From contig NZ_DATIRC010000017.1 of the NCBI RefSeq assembly GCF_035470145.1, forward strand, positions 438-64,437: a stretch of 64,000 bases of DNA, read 5' to 3'. The notes below the pieces were generated by a model, which was given only the letters and a program-made list of their open reading frames with translations, was not told the origin of the DNA and searched no databases. Origin of the DNA: Romboutsia sp. (GTDB lineage: Bacteria; Bacillota; Clostridia; Peptostreptococcales; Peptostreptococcaceae). The position numbers and the translations under genes were made by a program. Of the stretch, positions 9,890 through 20,218 are shown piece after piece (position 1 is the first letter of the stretch; each line of letters begins with the position of its first letter).

Positions 9890-11719
9890 ATGTGTGGAAT
9901 AGTTGGATATTTAGGACACAGACAAGCAACAGAAGTTTTAATAGAAGGACTTTCTAAGTTAGAGTACAGAGGTTATGATTCTGCAGGAGTTGCAGTTAAC
10001 GTTGGAAATGAATTAGAAATAAGAAAGTTCAAAGGTAGATTAGCAATACTAGCAGAAGATTTAGAAAAGAATCCAATAGAAGGTGGATTAGGTATAGGGC
10101 ATACTAGATGGGCAACTCATGGAGAACCATCTGATGTAAACTCTCACCCTCATTTTAATATGGCTAGAACAATAGCTGTTGTTCATAATGGTATAATAGA
10201 AAACTACATGGAATTAAAAGAAGAATTACAAGCAGAAGGTGTTGTATTTTTATCTCAAACAGATACAGAAGTAGTAGCTCATTTAGTTGATAAGTATTAT
10301 GAAGGAAACTTACTAGATGCTGTTTACAAGGCGACTGAAAGATTAAGAGGAGCATATGCACTAGGTGTTGTATGTAAGGATAATGCACAAGAATTAGTAT
10401 CTGTAAGAAAAGACAGCCCATTAGTAGTTGGTTTAGGTGAAGGTGAAAACTTCATAGCATCAGATATACCAGCTATATTAAAGTATACTAGAAACGTATA
10501 CTTCTTAGAAAATGGTGAGTTTGTTCATATAATAGGGGATAAACTAACTGTTTTAAATGAAAATAGAGAAGTTGTTGAAAAAGAAGTTACTGAAATAACT
10601 TGGGATGTTGAAGCTGCATCTAAAGGTGGATATGAACACTTCATGTTAAAAGAAATATATGAACAACCAAATGGAGTTAAAGAAACATTAATAAGAAGAT
10701 TAAATGATAACGAAGAAATTCAGTTAGATGATATAAAAATGACGAAGGAAGACTTGGAAAAAATAAATAAAGTATATATAGTTGCATGTGGTACTGCATA
10801 TCATGCAGGTCTTGTTGGTAAATTTGCAATAGAAAAGTTTGCTAAAATACCAGTAATAACTGACATTGCATCTGAATTTAGATACAGAGATCCATTTGTA
10901 GATGAAAATACATTATTAATATTAGTAAGTCAATCAGGTGAAACTGCAGATACTTTAGCATCTTTAAGATATGCTAAAGAAAAAGGAGCTAGAATATTAT
11001 CAGTAACTAATGTTGTGGGTTCTTCTATAGCTAGAGAATCAGATGATGTATTCTATACATGGGCAGGGCCAGAAATATCTGTTGCATCAACTAAGGCATA
11101 CACAACGCAATTAGTATCATTCTATATGATAGCATTGGATTTTGCTATAAAGAAAGGTACTATAACTAGAGAGTTCTACAATGATATGATAGAAAAGCTA
11201 AAAGAAATGCCTGAAAAGGTAGAAAAAGCTTTAGAGCAAGAAAGTTATATCAAAGAAGACGTTGCTAAGACATTAAAAGATGCGAGCAGTGCATTCTACT
11301 TAGGTAGAGGATTAGATTATAACTTAGCTATGGAAGGTGCTTTAAAGATAAAAGAAATATCTTATATTCATGCAGAAGCTTTCGCAGCTGGAGAATTAAA
11401 GCATGGTACAATAGCACTAATAGAAAAAGGAACTCCAGTAATAGCTATAGCAACTCAAGAAGAGTTATTTGAAAAAATGGTATCTAATATGGAAGAAGTT
11501 AGAGCTAGAGGAGCATATGTAATAGCTATTGCTCAAGAAAAAAATAAAGAAGTTGAAAAATCTGCGGATAAGGTAATATATATACCAAATGTAGATGATA
11601 TATTATCAAGTATATTAACAGTTTTACCACTTCAATTATTATCTTACTATGTTGCAGTTGAAAGAGGCTGTGATGTAGATAAGCCAAGAAACTTAGCTAA
11701 ATCAGTAACAGTTGAATAA
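9890..11719 (+). CDS. glmS: Glutamine-fructose-6-phosphate aminotransferase
   Basis: MCGIVG, LEYRGYDSAG, HTRWATHG, C-terminal PRNLAKSVTVE. Confidence 0.98.
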   Translation: MCGIVGYLGHRQATEVLIEGLSKLEYRGYDSAGVAVNVGNELEIRKFKGRLAILAEDLEKNPIEGGLGIGHTRWATHGEPSDVNSHPHFNMARTIAVVHNGIIENYMELKEELQAEGVVFLSQTDTEVVAHLVDKYYEGNLLDAVYKATERLRGAYALGVVCKDNAQELVSVRKDSPLVVGLGEGENFIASDIPAILKYTRNVYFLENGEFVHIIGDKLTVLNENREVVEKEVTEITWDVEAASKGGYEHFMLKEIYEQPNGVKETLIRRLNDNEEIQLDDIKMTKEDLEKINKVYIVACGTAYHAGLVGKFAIEKFAKIPVITDIASEFRYRDPFVDENTLLILVSQSGETADTLASLRYAKEKGARILSVTNVVGSSIARESDDVFYTWAGPEISVASTKAYTTQLVSFYMIALDFAIKKGTITREFYNDMIEKLKEMPEKVEKALEQESYIKEDVAKTLKDASSAFYLGRGLDYNLAMEGALKIKEISYIHAEAFAAGELKHGTIALIEKGTPVIAIATQEELFEKMVSNMEEVRARGAYVIAIAQEKNKEVEKSADKVIYIPNVDDILSSILTVLPLQLLSYYVAVERGCDVDKPRNLAKSVTVE

Positions 11720-11730
11720 TAAATATTGAT

Positions 11731-11766
11731 AAAAAGCCGTATATTTATAAAATGTACGGCTTTTTT
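11731..11766 (+). terminator. Terminator after glmS
   Basis: AAAAAGCCGTATATTT...AAATGTACGGCTTTTTT. Confidence 0.8.
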
Positions 11767-11956
11767 ATAGTAGAAAATTTCATTATGATTAAATTATTGT
11801 GCATATTTTGGTAGTTGATGTTTATTTTTTATAATTAAGATAATTAATGGTATCTATAATAAGATTTAATATATAAAATGGATAAATACGGTAGATGATA
11901 AAATTTAAGTATGATAACCTATAAGTAAAAATATATATTTGAATAGGGGTGCAGAT

Positions 11957-12826
11957 GTGATAAGTAAAGATGAGATATCAAGACTAAAGGGAGAAGGAAT
12001 ATTAGCACAAAAACAAGAGGGTTATTTTTCTATAAGAATATTAAGTAGAGCAGGAAATTTTACAGCAAAGCAATTAAATGATTTAGCCCAATTATCACAA
12101 AAATATGGAAACGGATATTTAGGTGTAACAACTAGGCTTGCAATAGAAATTCCTTGGATTAAATATGAAGATATCGAAAATCTAAAGGCTGATTTAAAAG
12201 AAGCTAAATTAGCTCATGGTGGTACAGGAAAGAAAGTTAGACCGCTAGTTGCATGTAAGGGAACTGTATGTCAACATGGTACATATGATACGCAAAAACT
12301 TTGTAGTAAATTACATGACAAGTATTTTGGATATAATTTACCTTCAAAAACTAAAATAACATTAGTAGGATGTCCTAATAACTGTGCAAAGGCAAATACA
12401 AATGATATTGGTATAGTTGGACAAGTTTATGTTAAATTTAATGAGGATAAATGCAAAAATTGTGGACTATGTACTAAACCATGTAGACAAAAATCTGTTA
12501 AGATTGTAGACAAAACATTAGTATGGGATAAAGATGAATGTGTAAACTGTGGAAAATGTGCTCAAGTTTGTCCGTTCGGAGCTATGGAAGTTGATAAGCA
12601 AGGAATGGCAATTTATCTTGGGGGAAGAATGGGAAGAGGATATAGATTTGGAGATAAGTTAAATAATTTATATCAAGAAGAAGAAATAGTAGAATTAGTA
12701 CAAGATATATTAGATACATATAAAGAGTTAGGTAATCCTGAAGAAAGAATATGCAAGGTTATAGATAGAATTGGATTTGATGCATTTGAAAAAGCATTAA
12801 TGGATAAGAAATGTATAAATGAATAA
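11957..12826 (+). CDS. Nitrite/sulfite reductase-family (AsrC-like) Fe-S protein with inserted 2x[4Fe-4S] domain
   Basis: TTR motif, CKGTVC and GCPNNC siroheme/Fe-S cysteines, two CxxCxxCxxxC; GTG start after AGGGG. Confidence 0.75.
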   Translation: MISKDEISRLKGEGILAQKQEGYFSIRILSRAGNFTAKQLNDLAQLSQKYGNGYLGVTTRLAIEIPWIKYEDIENLKADLKEAKLAHGGTGKKVRPLVACKGTVCQHGTYDTQKLCSKLHDKYFGYNLPSKTKITLVGCPNNCAKANTNDIGIVGQVYVKFNEDKCKNCGLCTKPCRQKSVKIVDKTLVWDKDECVNCGKCAQVCPFGAMEVDKQGMAIYLGGRMGRGYRFGDKLNNLYQEEEIVELVQDILDTYKELGNPEERICKVIDRIGFDAFEKALMDKKCINE

Positions 12827-12910
12827 AAACTAAAGAGTATATAAAGTATATCCTCCTTAAAATTGTCAATAATTCAAGTATAAGTATGATAATTTTAAGG
12901 GGGATTTTTT

Positions 12911-13648
12911 ATGAAATTAGTAAAATTAACTATAAGCTTTTTTTTATTGATGTTAGCAGGAATGTTAATATCATATGCAGACATTAAATCGAATAATGAA
13001 TACTATAAACTTATAGAAACTTTCAATGATACACAAGCAAATTTTAAATTTTATAATATAAAAGCTAACGGAGCCATAAATTATAATATATCAAAAAATG
13101 ATATGAGAGATATTTGTATAGAAATAATTAATAATCTTGGATTAGAGGAAAGTAATATAAAGTGGGAAGAAAATTGGAATAAGAAAGAAAATCAAATATA
13201 TGCTCAAGTAAAAACAGACAAGGAAACCATTTCTATAATTGGTATTAAAAAAAATAATACAGAGTCCTATATAATAGTTGACATATTAGAAAATAAAGTA
13301 TATAAAAATATAGTGGACATTTATACAGTTCTTGAAAATACTCTTAATAAGCATACATATCAATTAGATATAAATACCTGTATATCTGGAGAATACACAA
13401 AAAAGTTACAAATAAATAAATATGATGATATTTTGCAGAAAATATTATATAATATGAATGCTGAAGAAATAGATAGAGTAGAGGAAGAAAATTTTGTATC
13501 AATAACAGCATATAGTGAAATTTTAAATGAAAATTATTTGGAATATTTGGGAAATAAGACGAATTTGAATATAGGAATGAGGTATAGTGAAGATGATGAT
13601 AAAACGCTCATCTATATTGCTACACCCATTATAAAATTAGATTATTAA
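12911..13648 (+). CDS. YwmB-family exported protein
   Basis: Signal-like N-terminus, C-terminal NLNIGMRY...IATPII motif, position directly before murA. Confidence 0.75.
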   Translation: MKLVKLTISFFLLMLAGMLISYADIKSNNEYYKLIETFNDTQANFKFYNIKANGAINYNISKNDMRDICIEIINNLGLEESNIKWEENWNKKENQIYAQVKTDKETISIIGIKKNNTESYIIVDILENKVYKNIVDIYTVLENTLNKHTYQLDINTCISGEYTKKLQINKYDDILQKILYNMNAEEIDRVEEENFVSITAYSEILNENYLEYLGNKTNLNIGMRYSEDDDKTLIYIATPIIKLDY

Positions 13649-13669
13649 TAATGAGGAGAGGTCAATGAG

Positions 13670-14923
13670 ATGTCAAAAATATTAGTTAAGAAGAGTAACC
13701 CACTTAAAGGTAGTGTTAAAATAGATGGAGCAAAAAATGCAGTATTACCAATCATAGCAGCAACTTTGCTAGCTAACGGAAAGTCTACTATAAAATGTGT
13801 ACCTAATTTAAGAGATGTGCATGTTATATCTGATTTATTAAGACACTTAGGAGCAGAAGTAGATTATACAGATAATACATTAACAGTAGATGCGAGTAAC
13901 ATAACTACATGTGAGGCTCCATATGAGCTTGTAAGAAAGATGAGAGCATCTTTTTTAGTTATGGGACCGTTACTTGCAAGATTTAATCATACTAAGATAT
14001 CTATGCCAGGAGGTTGTGCTATAGGAACGAGACCTATAGATTTACACTTAAAAGGATTTAAGTATCTAGGTGCTACGGTAGAAATGGATCATGGATTTGT
14101 AGAAGCTACAACGAAGGGATTAACAGGAGCTAAGTTATACTTAGATTTCCCGTCAGTTGGAGCTACTGAAAATATAATGATGGCAGCTGCTCTTGCAGAA
14201 GGAACTACAATAATAGAAAATGCAGCAGAAGAACCAGAAATAGTAGATTTAGCTAACTTTTTAAATGAAATGGGCGCTAACATAAAAGGTGCAGGAACAA
14301 ACACTATAAAGATAAAAGGTGTGAAAGAATTAAAAGGTGCAGAACATACAGTAATACCTGATAGAATAGAAGCAGCTACGTATATGGTTGCAGCAGCTAT
14401 GACAAAAGGTGATATAACTGTAGAAAACGTACTACTGGAACACTTAAAGCCAGTAGTAGCTAAGTTAAAAGAAGCTGGTTGTGAAATAGTAGAAATGGAT
14501 AATGCTGTTAGAGTAATAGGACCAGAAATATTAAAACCAATAGATATAAAAACTTTACCGCATCCAGGATTCCCAACGGATGTCCAAGCTCAATTTATGG
14601 CAATGCTTACAATAGCTAATGGAACAGGTGTAGTTACAGAAACAGTATTTGAAAATAGATTTATGCATGTTGCTGAGTTCAATAGAATGGGAGCTAACAT
14701 AAAAATAGAAGGAAAGAGTGCTATCGTTAACGGAGTACAAAAATTACATGGTGCTAAAGTTAATGCAACAGATTTAAGAGCAGGAGCTGCGCTTATATTA
14801 TGTGGGCTTATAGCTGAGGGAGAAACTCAAATAGGAGAAATATATCATATACAAAGAGGTTATGTAGATATAGATAATAAAATAACTGCATTAGGCGGAA
14901 ATATAAGAATAGTAGAAGACTAA
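13670..14923 (+). CDS. murA: UDP-N-acetylglucosamine 1-carboxyvinyltransferase
   Basis: [24 protein letters not shown] (catalytic Cys), GFPTD, DLRAGA. Confidence 0.97.
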   Translation: MSKILVKKSNPLKGSVKIDGAKNAVLPIIAATLLANGKSTIKCVPNLRDVHVISDLLRHLGAEVDYTDNTLTVDASNITTCEAPYELVRKMRASFLVMGPLLARFNHTKISMPGGCAIGTRPIDLHLKGFKYLGATVEMDHGFVEATTKGLTGAKLYLDFPSVGATENIMMAAALAEGTTIIENAAEEPEIVDLANFLNEMGANIKGAGTNTIKIKGVKELKGAEHTVIPDRIEAATYMVAAAMTKGDITVENVLLEHLKPVVAKLKEAGCEIVEMDNAVRVIGPEILKPIDIKTLPHPGFPTDVQAQFMAMLTIANGTGVVTETVFENRFMHVAEFNRMGANIKIEGKSAIVNGVQKLHGAKVNATDLRAGAALILCGLIAEGETQIGEIYHIQRGYVDIDNKITALGGNIRIVED

Positions 14924-14998
14924 AAAAATAGTAGTGCTAAAAGAACAGGGTTGTTCATATACTTTAAGGACAAGGATTAAACCAAGGAGGAAAAGTAT

Positions 14999-16027
14999 AT
15001 GAAGAACCCGTTAGTAGTTTTGGCAAGTATAGTGGCTTGTTCTATAACTATACCTATACTCATAAGTATAGTATCTTATGATGGGATAGAGGCAACACCT
15101 CAAAATCATAAAAAGACCGTTATAAGTGAGAATGTAAATAAAGTGATAAATTATCAAAAAGTAGATAAAAAATCACCAATTATAAATGTATATAATCATA
15201 AATTAGGTAAAACTCAGCAAATGGATATTGAAGAATATTTGTGTGGTGTAGTAGCAGGAGAAATGTCTACAGAATTTAATATAGAAGCTCTTAAGGCTCA
15301 AGCTGTAGCAGCTAGAACTTTTGTAATGTATAAACAAAAACAAGGAAATTCAAGTAAACATAAAGATGCTGTAGTTTGTACTGATTATAGACATTGTCAA
15401 GAATATAAAAGCTATGAGGAATTGAAGAAAAAAAATGGAAGTGAATGGATGAAAAATTCATATTCTAAAATTCAAAGAGCTGTAAAAGAAACTAAAGGGA
15501 ATATTATAACTTATGATAATGAGCCAATACTTACTTTATATTTCTCAACATCATCAGGTAAAACAGAAAATTGTGAAGAAGTATTTTCACAATCGCAGCC
15601 GTATCTAAAGTCAGTTGATAGTCCTTATGATAAAAATTATTCACCTAAATATGTATCTACATTAAAAATTAGTAACAAAGACTTCGTAAATACTTTAAAA
15701 AGAAGCTACGGTGGTATACAAATAAGTGAGAATAATTTAAGTAGCCAAATTAAGATACTTGAAACAAGTGATGCAGGTTCTGTAGAAAAAATAAAGATAG
15801 GTAATAAAGAAATTAAAGGAACTGATGTAAGAAGTATACTAAATCTAAATTCAGCTAATTTTGATATAATCTTCAATGACAATTACCTAGATTTTATAGT
15901 AAAGGGATATGGGCATGGTGTAGGAATGAGTCAATGGGGAGCAGAAGGTATGGCTGAAGAAGGATATAAATATTATGAAATATTAGCTCATTATTATACA
16001 GGAACTCAAATAAATGACTTATATTAA
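14999..16027 (+). CDS. spoIID: Stage II sporulation lytic transglycosylase SpoIID
   Basis: EEYLCGVVAGEM, EALKAQAVAART, GYGHGVGMSQWGA. Confidence 0.95.
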   Translation: MKNPLVVLASIVACSITIPILISIVSYDGIEATPQNHKKTVISENVNKVINYQKVDKKSPIINVYNHKLGKTQQMDIEEYLCGVVAGEMSTEFNIEALKAQAVAARTFVMYKQKQGNSSKHKDAVVCTDYRHCQEYKSYEELKKKNGSEWMKNSYSKIQRAVKETKGNIITYDNEPILTLYFSTSSGKTENCEEVFSQSQPYLKSVDSPYDKNYSPKYVSTLKISNKDFVNTLKRSYGGIQISENNLSSQIKILETSDAGSVEKIKIGNKEIKGTDVRSILNLNSANFDIIFNDNYLDFIVKGYGHGVGMSQWGAEGMAEEGYKYYEILAHYYTGTQINDLY

Positions 16028-16033
16028 TATAGA

Positions 16034-16087
16034 AAAAATAAACTCTATAACTTATATTATCTAATATAAGTTATAGAGTTTATTTTT
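16034..16087 (+). terminator. Terminator after spoIID
   Basis: Long perfect inverted repeat AAAAATAAACTCTATAACTTATATTA/TAATATAAGTTATAGAGTTTATTTTT. Confidence 0.85.
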
Positions 16088-16156
16088 GTATTATAAACAT
16101 AGTAAATAAATTAAACAGAGCTTCTATATATAAAATTTCAAAAAAAAACATAAATT

Positions 16157-16186
16157 GTATAAAAATAGAAATTAAAGATAACAATA
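16157..16186 (+). promoter_or_regulatory. Putative SigF promoter of spoIIQ
   Basis: GTATA-N15-GATAACAATA, close to the SigF consensus GYATA-N15-GGNNANAHTR. Confidence 0.45.
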
Positions 16187-16216
16187 TAAATACATAAATA
16201 TATTTGGAGGTGCTGT

Positions 16217-16891
16217 ATGAAGAAAAAGCTATTAGAGAGAGATGGTTTTTACTTAGCATTATTTGCATGTATTTGCTTAGTAGCAGTTGGAGGAGTTTGG
16301 TTTACAAAGAACAATGTAGATGAGTTAGCCTCTAATAATGGATTTGTAAATAATACTGATAACAATAGCAAAAATGATGACGAATTGCATTTAATAAAGA
16401 AAGAAAATAATGATGCCGTTCCAACTACAACGGATTCAGAACAAAACTTACAACAAGCTAAAGAAAAGGAAAAACAAAAAGAAAGTGACTCTAAATTAAA
16501 TTTCTTAGGAAAACAAGTTACAAGAGAATACTCAGATAAAGAACCTAGTTATTCAAAAACATTAAACGTATGGGAAATACACAAAGGTTTAGATGTGAGT
16601 AATGATAAAGGGCAAGAGATAAAATCTTTATTAACAGGAAAAGTAGTTGATGTATTTAAAGATGATGCTTATGGAATGTCAGTAAAAGTTAAAAGTGATA
16701 ATGATATTATGGTAGTATACTCTAACTTAGGTGAAAAAATTAAAGTTAAAAAAGGCCAAGAAGTTAAAGAAGGTGAATCTCTAGGTATTGTAGGAGATAC
16801 ATCTACAGTCGAAAGTGAAGAAGGAACTCATGTACATATAGAAGCATTTAAAGGAAAAGAAGCAATAGATCCAATGAGTTTAATGAAATAA
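16217..16891 (+). CDS. spoIIQ: SpoIIQ, M23/LytM-domain forespore protein
   Basis: N-terminal TM, HKGLD and HVH M23 motifs, located between spoIID and spoIIID. Confidence 0.85.
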   Translation: MKKKLLERDGFYLALFACICLVAVGGVWFTKNNVDELASNNGFVNNTDNNSKNDDELHLIKKENNDAVPTTTDSEQNLQQAKEKEKQKESDSKLNFLGKQVTREYSDKEPSYSKTLNVWEIHKGLDVSNDKGQEIKSLLTGKVVDVFKDDAYGMSVKVKSDNDIMVVYSNLGEKIKVKKGQEVKEGESLGIVGDTSTVESEEGTHVHIEAFKGKEAIDPMSLMK

Positions 16892-16939
16892 AAATATAAC
16901 AGACTTAATCAAATTTGATTAAGTCTGTTATATTTTTTT
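16890..16939 (+). terminator. Terminator after spoIIQ
   Basis: AAAAATATAACAGACTTAATCAAA/TTTGATTAAGTCTGTTATATTTTT. Confidence 0.8.
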
Positions 16940-16988
16940 GTAAGCTCACATATATATGATTAAGGCTAGTATGTGAGGAGGGGAAGTC

Positions 16989-17255
16989 TTGAGATCTCAT
17001 ATAGAGGAACGAGCAATCGTTGTAGCAAAATATATACTAGAAAAAAACACCACTGTACGTCAAACAGCGAAAACATTCGGAGTGAGTAAAAGTACGATTC
17101 ACAAAGATGTAACAGAACGATTAGAGGAAATAAATCCATATTTAGCTAAAGAAGTTAAAATGGTTTTAGAAAAGAATAAATCTGAAAGACACATAAGAGG
17201 AGGCATGGCTACTAAGCTTAAATATGAGAAAGATTTAAAAAAAGATGTAGGTTAA
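16989..17255 (+). CDS. spoIIID: Sporulation transcription factor SpoIIID
   Basis: TVRQTAKTFGVSKSTIHKDVTERL HTH, RHIRGG; TTG start after GAGGAGGGG. Confidence 0.96.
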   Translation: MRSHIEERAIVVAKYILEKNTTVRQTAKTFGVSKSTIHKDVTERLEEINPYLAKEVKMVLEKNKSERHIRGGMATKLKYEKDLKKDVG

Positions 17256-17381
17256 AACCTACATTTTTTTATATTATTCTTGACTAAAACAATGTTTTTG
17301 TATATTTTGTATTATAGGAGTGTTTTGCAAAAAATAATGAATCGTTTAAATATAGAATATAATACAAAAGGAGTTGGAAAA

Positions 17382-18401
17382 ATGGCGAGAGCTGATATAG
17401 GTATAGACTTGGGAACTGCTAATGTACTTGTATATGTTAGCGGAAAAGGAATTGTGTTAGAAGAGCCATCTGTTGTAGCAATAGAAAAAAGGACAAAGTC
17501 TGTTTTAGCAGTAGGCGAAGAAGCTAGAAAGATGATAGGTAGAACGCCAGGTAATATAGTTGCTATAAGACCATTGAGAGATGGTGTTATTTCGGATTAT
17601 GATGTAACTGAAAAAATGCTTAATTATTTCATAAACAAAGTTGTAGACAAAAAAGGTTTTGGAAGATTCTTTATGCCTAGAATAATGGTATGTGTTCCAA
17701 CTGGAGTTACAGAAGTAGAAAAAAGAGCTGTAGAAGAAGCTACACGACAAGCTGGAGCAAGAGAAGTATATATTATAGAAGAACCTATAGCTGCTGCCAT
17801 AGGAGCAGGAGTAGATATATCTAAACCAAATGGAAGTATGGTTATAGATATAGGTGGAGGTACAGCAGATATAGCTGTAATTTCCTTAGGAGGAGCTGTA
17901 GTAAGTGAATCTATAAAAATAGGTGGAGATAGATTTGACGAAGCCATAGTAAGATATATGAGAAAACAACATAACCTTCTTATCGGAGAAAGAAGTGCTG
18001 AAAAAATAAAGATAGAAATAGGTACTGCATATAGGAGAGAAGAAGAAAAAAGTATGAAAATAAGCGGTAGAAACTTAGTTACAGGATTACCAGAATCTAT
18101 AACTATAAATTCTTCAGAAATGTTAGATGCACTTGATGAATGTGCAGAGCAAATAGTAATAACGACACTTGCAGTATTGGAAAAAACACCACCAGAATTA
18201 GCTGCGGATATAAGTGATGCAGGGATAATAATGACAGGCGGAGGTTCATTATTATACGGATTAGATAAAAGAATAGAAGAAAGAACACGAATTAAAGTTA
18301 TAGTAGCGGAAGATCCATTATCTTGTGTAGCTAAAGGAACAGGAAGTGCACTAGGTTCTTTAGACTTGCTTGAAACAGGAGGTACCTTTAAAAGAAGATA
18401 A
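17382..18401 (+). CDS. mbl: MreB/Mbl actin-like rod-shape protein
   Basis: DIGIDLGTAN, EEPIAAAIG, DIGGGT; position after spoIIID matches mbl; ATG 17382 after AAGGAG. Confidence 0.85.
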   Translation: MARADIGIDLGTANVLVYVSGKGIVLEEPSVVAIEKRTKSVLAVGEEARKMIGRTPGNIVAIRPLRDGVISDYDVTEKMLNYFINKVVDKKGFGRFFMPRIMVCVPTGVTEVEKRAVEEATRQAGAREVYIIEEPIAAAIGAGVDISKPNGSMVIDIGGGTADIAVISLGGAVVSESIKIGGDRFDEAIVRYMRKQHNLLIGERSAEKIKIEIGTAYRREEEKSMKISGRNLVTGLPESITINSSEMLDALDECAEQIVITTLAVLEKTPPELAADISDAGIIMTGGGSLLYGLDKRIEERTRIKVIVAEDPLSCVAKGTGSALGSLDLLETGGTFKRR

Positions 18402-18416
18402 TAGGGAGGTATTTTT

Positions 18417-18845
18417 ATGTTAAACATAGATCAAATAAAAGAGTTAATACCACATAGGTATCCATTTTTATTAGTAGATAAAGTAATAGAGTTAGAAGAA
18501 GGAAAAAGAGCAGTAGGAATAAAAAATGTTACAGTGAATGAGCCATTTTTCCAAGGTCATTTTCCAGATTATCCTATAATGCCAGGTGTTTTAATTATAG
18601 AGGCTATGGCACAAGTTGGATGTGTAGCCATGATGTCTATAGATGAGAATAAAGGAAAATTGGGTGTATTTGCAGGAATTGATAAAGTTAGATTTAAAAA
18701 AGAAGTTAGACCCGGAGATACATTAACTATGGAAGTAGAAATGATATCTTTAAGAAGAAATATTGGAAAAGCTACAGCTAAGGCCTTTGTTGGAGAAGAA
18801 CTTGCATGTAGTGCAGAGTTAATGTTTGCTCTTGTTCAAAAGTAA
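18417..18845 (+). CDS. fabZ: 3-hydroxyacyl-ACP dehydratase
   Basis: [29 protein letters not shown]. Confidence 0.96.
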   Translation: MLNIDQIKELIPHRYPFLLVDKVIELEEGKRAVGIKNVTVNEPFFQGHFPDYPIMPGVLIIEAMAQVGCVAMMSIDENKGKLGVFAGIDKVRFKKEVRPGDTLTMEVEMISLRRNIGKATAKAFVGEELACSAELMFALVQK

Positions 18846-18847
18846 AC

Positions 18848-18876
18848 AAAAAAGTCCTAGTGATAGGACTTTTTTT
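18848..18876 (+). terminator. Terminator after fabZ
   Basis: AAAAAAGTCCTA-GTGA-TAGGACTTTTTTT. Confidence 0.85.
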
Positions 18877-19042
18877 GTTTGAAATTTACAAATTTAGAAG
18901 TTATAAAATATTTTTCATTAAAAGGAACTAATAATCTATGTAAGTCAATAGGTGAACAAAGGAACTACGCTCGCACAAAGAGTAGAAGTTTATGTGAAAA
19001 TATAGTGCGAGGCTGATCCTTCATATAAATAGGAAAAAGAAT

Positions 19043-19552
19043 TTACGTAGAAAGTAATAAGGCTAATGAAATTATTTCTGCTAGCTCTAATATAAAGCTA
19101 AGTCTTACATTGTTAAAAGAAAACCTATTATTTTCATCTATCTTATCCACAATTCCTACAATAGAATAATTTCCTATTTGAGGGAGTTTTTTTCCAACAC
19201 CTTTTCCAGGAAGAATAGGACCTTTTCTAATCTGTATATTACCTATACTACTTTTTGATCCTAAACATGCATCTATAGCCAAGAAGTTTCCATTTGGATG
19301 AGTCGTTTTGATATGTTCAATAGATTCGTATATATTTAAAGCATGAATAGGGTTATCTAGTGTTCCGTAAACAGGGTATTTAAAGTCGCTATTATTTAGC
19401 ATGGTTCCAACTAAAGGACCAAGGGCATCACCTATAGCCCGATCTGTTCCTATACAAACCACAACTATGTTCTCATCAACTAAATCTTTAAGTGTTGAAC
19501 TTAATGCCTGAATAACATTTTCTTTTTTATAATTTACCTTGGCTAAATACAT
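19043..19552 (-). CDS. yyaC: Spore protease YyaC
   Basis: CIGTDRAIGDALGP, GTLDNPIHALN, IDACLG, PGKGVGKKLP. Confidence 0.9.
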   Translation of the reverse strand: MYLAKVNYKKENVIQALSSTLKDLVDENIVVVCIGTDRAIGDALGPLVGTMLNNSDFKYPVYGTLDNPIHALNIYESIEHIKTTHPNGNFLAIDACLGSKSSIGNIQIRKGPILPGKGVGKKLPQIGNYSIVGIVDKIDENNRFSFNNVRLSFILELAEIISLALLLST

Positions 19553-19807
19553 AGGAACACCCCCCTTAAAAAGAAATATATGAAATTTCGGTCTAAAAAA
19601 GACCTATATTAGAGTAGATAAGATATAATATGAAATTAAGTTAAGATAGGATACTATCTAGTTTTATAAGACAAGCAAAAAAATTGAAGTAAAGATATAA
19701 AGCTAGTAATTCTAAGGTTTATAATTTTAATATCTAATGAAAAATAAATATAAAAAGTCAAAATTATGGGCAAAATTTGAAAAATGAAAAATAAATATAA
19801 AAAATCA

Positions 19808-19836
19808 TTGACATAGTTTTATAAAAATAGTAATAT
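19808..19836 (+). promoter_or_regulatory. SigA promoter of metK leader
   Basis: TTGACA-N17-TAATAT. Confidence 0.7.
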
Positions 19837-19885
19837 ATAAACCAGTGAGACATTTAACATTAAGAACTTAATAACTTTCTTGATT

Positions 19886-19992
19886 ACCTTATCAAGAGCG
19901 GCGGAGGGATAGGCCCTGTGAAGCCCGGCAACCACCCATTAGGGAAAGAGGTGCTAAATCCTACAAGACCATGTGGTCTTGATAGATGAGGT
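19886..19992 (+). ncRNA. SAM-I (S-box) riboswitch aptamer
   Basis: CTTATCAAGAG...GGAGGGA...GGCCC...GAAGCCCGGCAACC...GGTGCTAAATCC...GATGAG; upstream of metK. Confidence 0.96.
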
Positions 19993-20021
19993 TAGTTAAT
20001 TAACGTATTGATATACTAATT

Positions 20022-20051
20022 AACCTCTTCTTATATAAGAAGAGGTTTTTT
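20022..20051 (+). terminator. SAM riboswitch-controlled terminator
   Basis: AACCTCTTCTTA-TA-TAAGAAGAGGTTTTTT; alternative pairing GAGGTTAGTTA/CTAATTAACCTC gives the antiterminator. Confidence 0.88.
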
Positions 20052-20218
20052 AATTCAATAATGATTACTAAACTATTGCTTTTTAAGATATAATTAAGAT
20101 TTTAAAATAGACTAGTTTTTATAAGCAAAAACGATTGTTCAAAGTATAAGTAAAAAAGCTTATACAAAATGAAATTTAAAATAAGATAATATGTTATTAA
20201 TTAAGGAGGAAACAAAAG

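Noticed and set aside
17624-18427. Long antisense ORFs (267 aa opposite mbl, also 453-944, 3732-4127, 53322-53696 and others)
   Set aside because: Shadow frames of conserved genes caused by codon bias; no RBS or recognisable motifs
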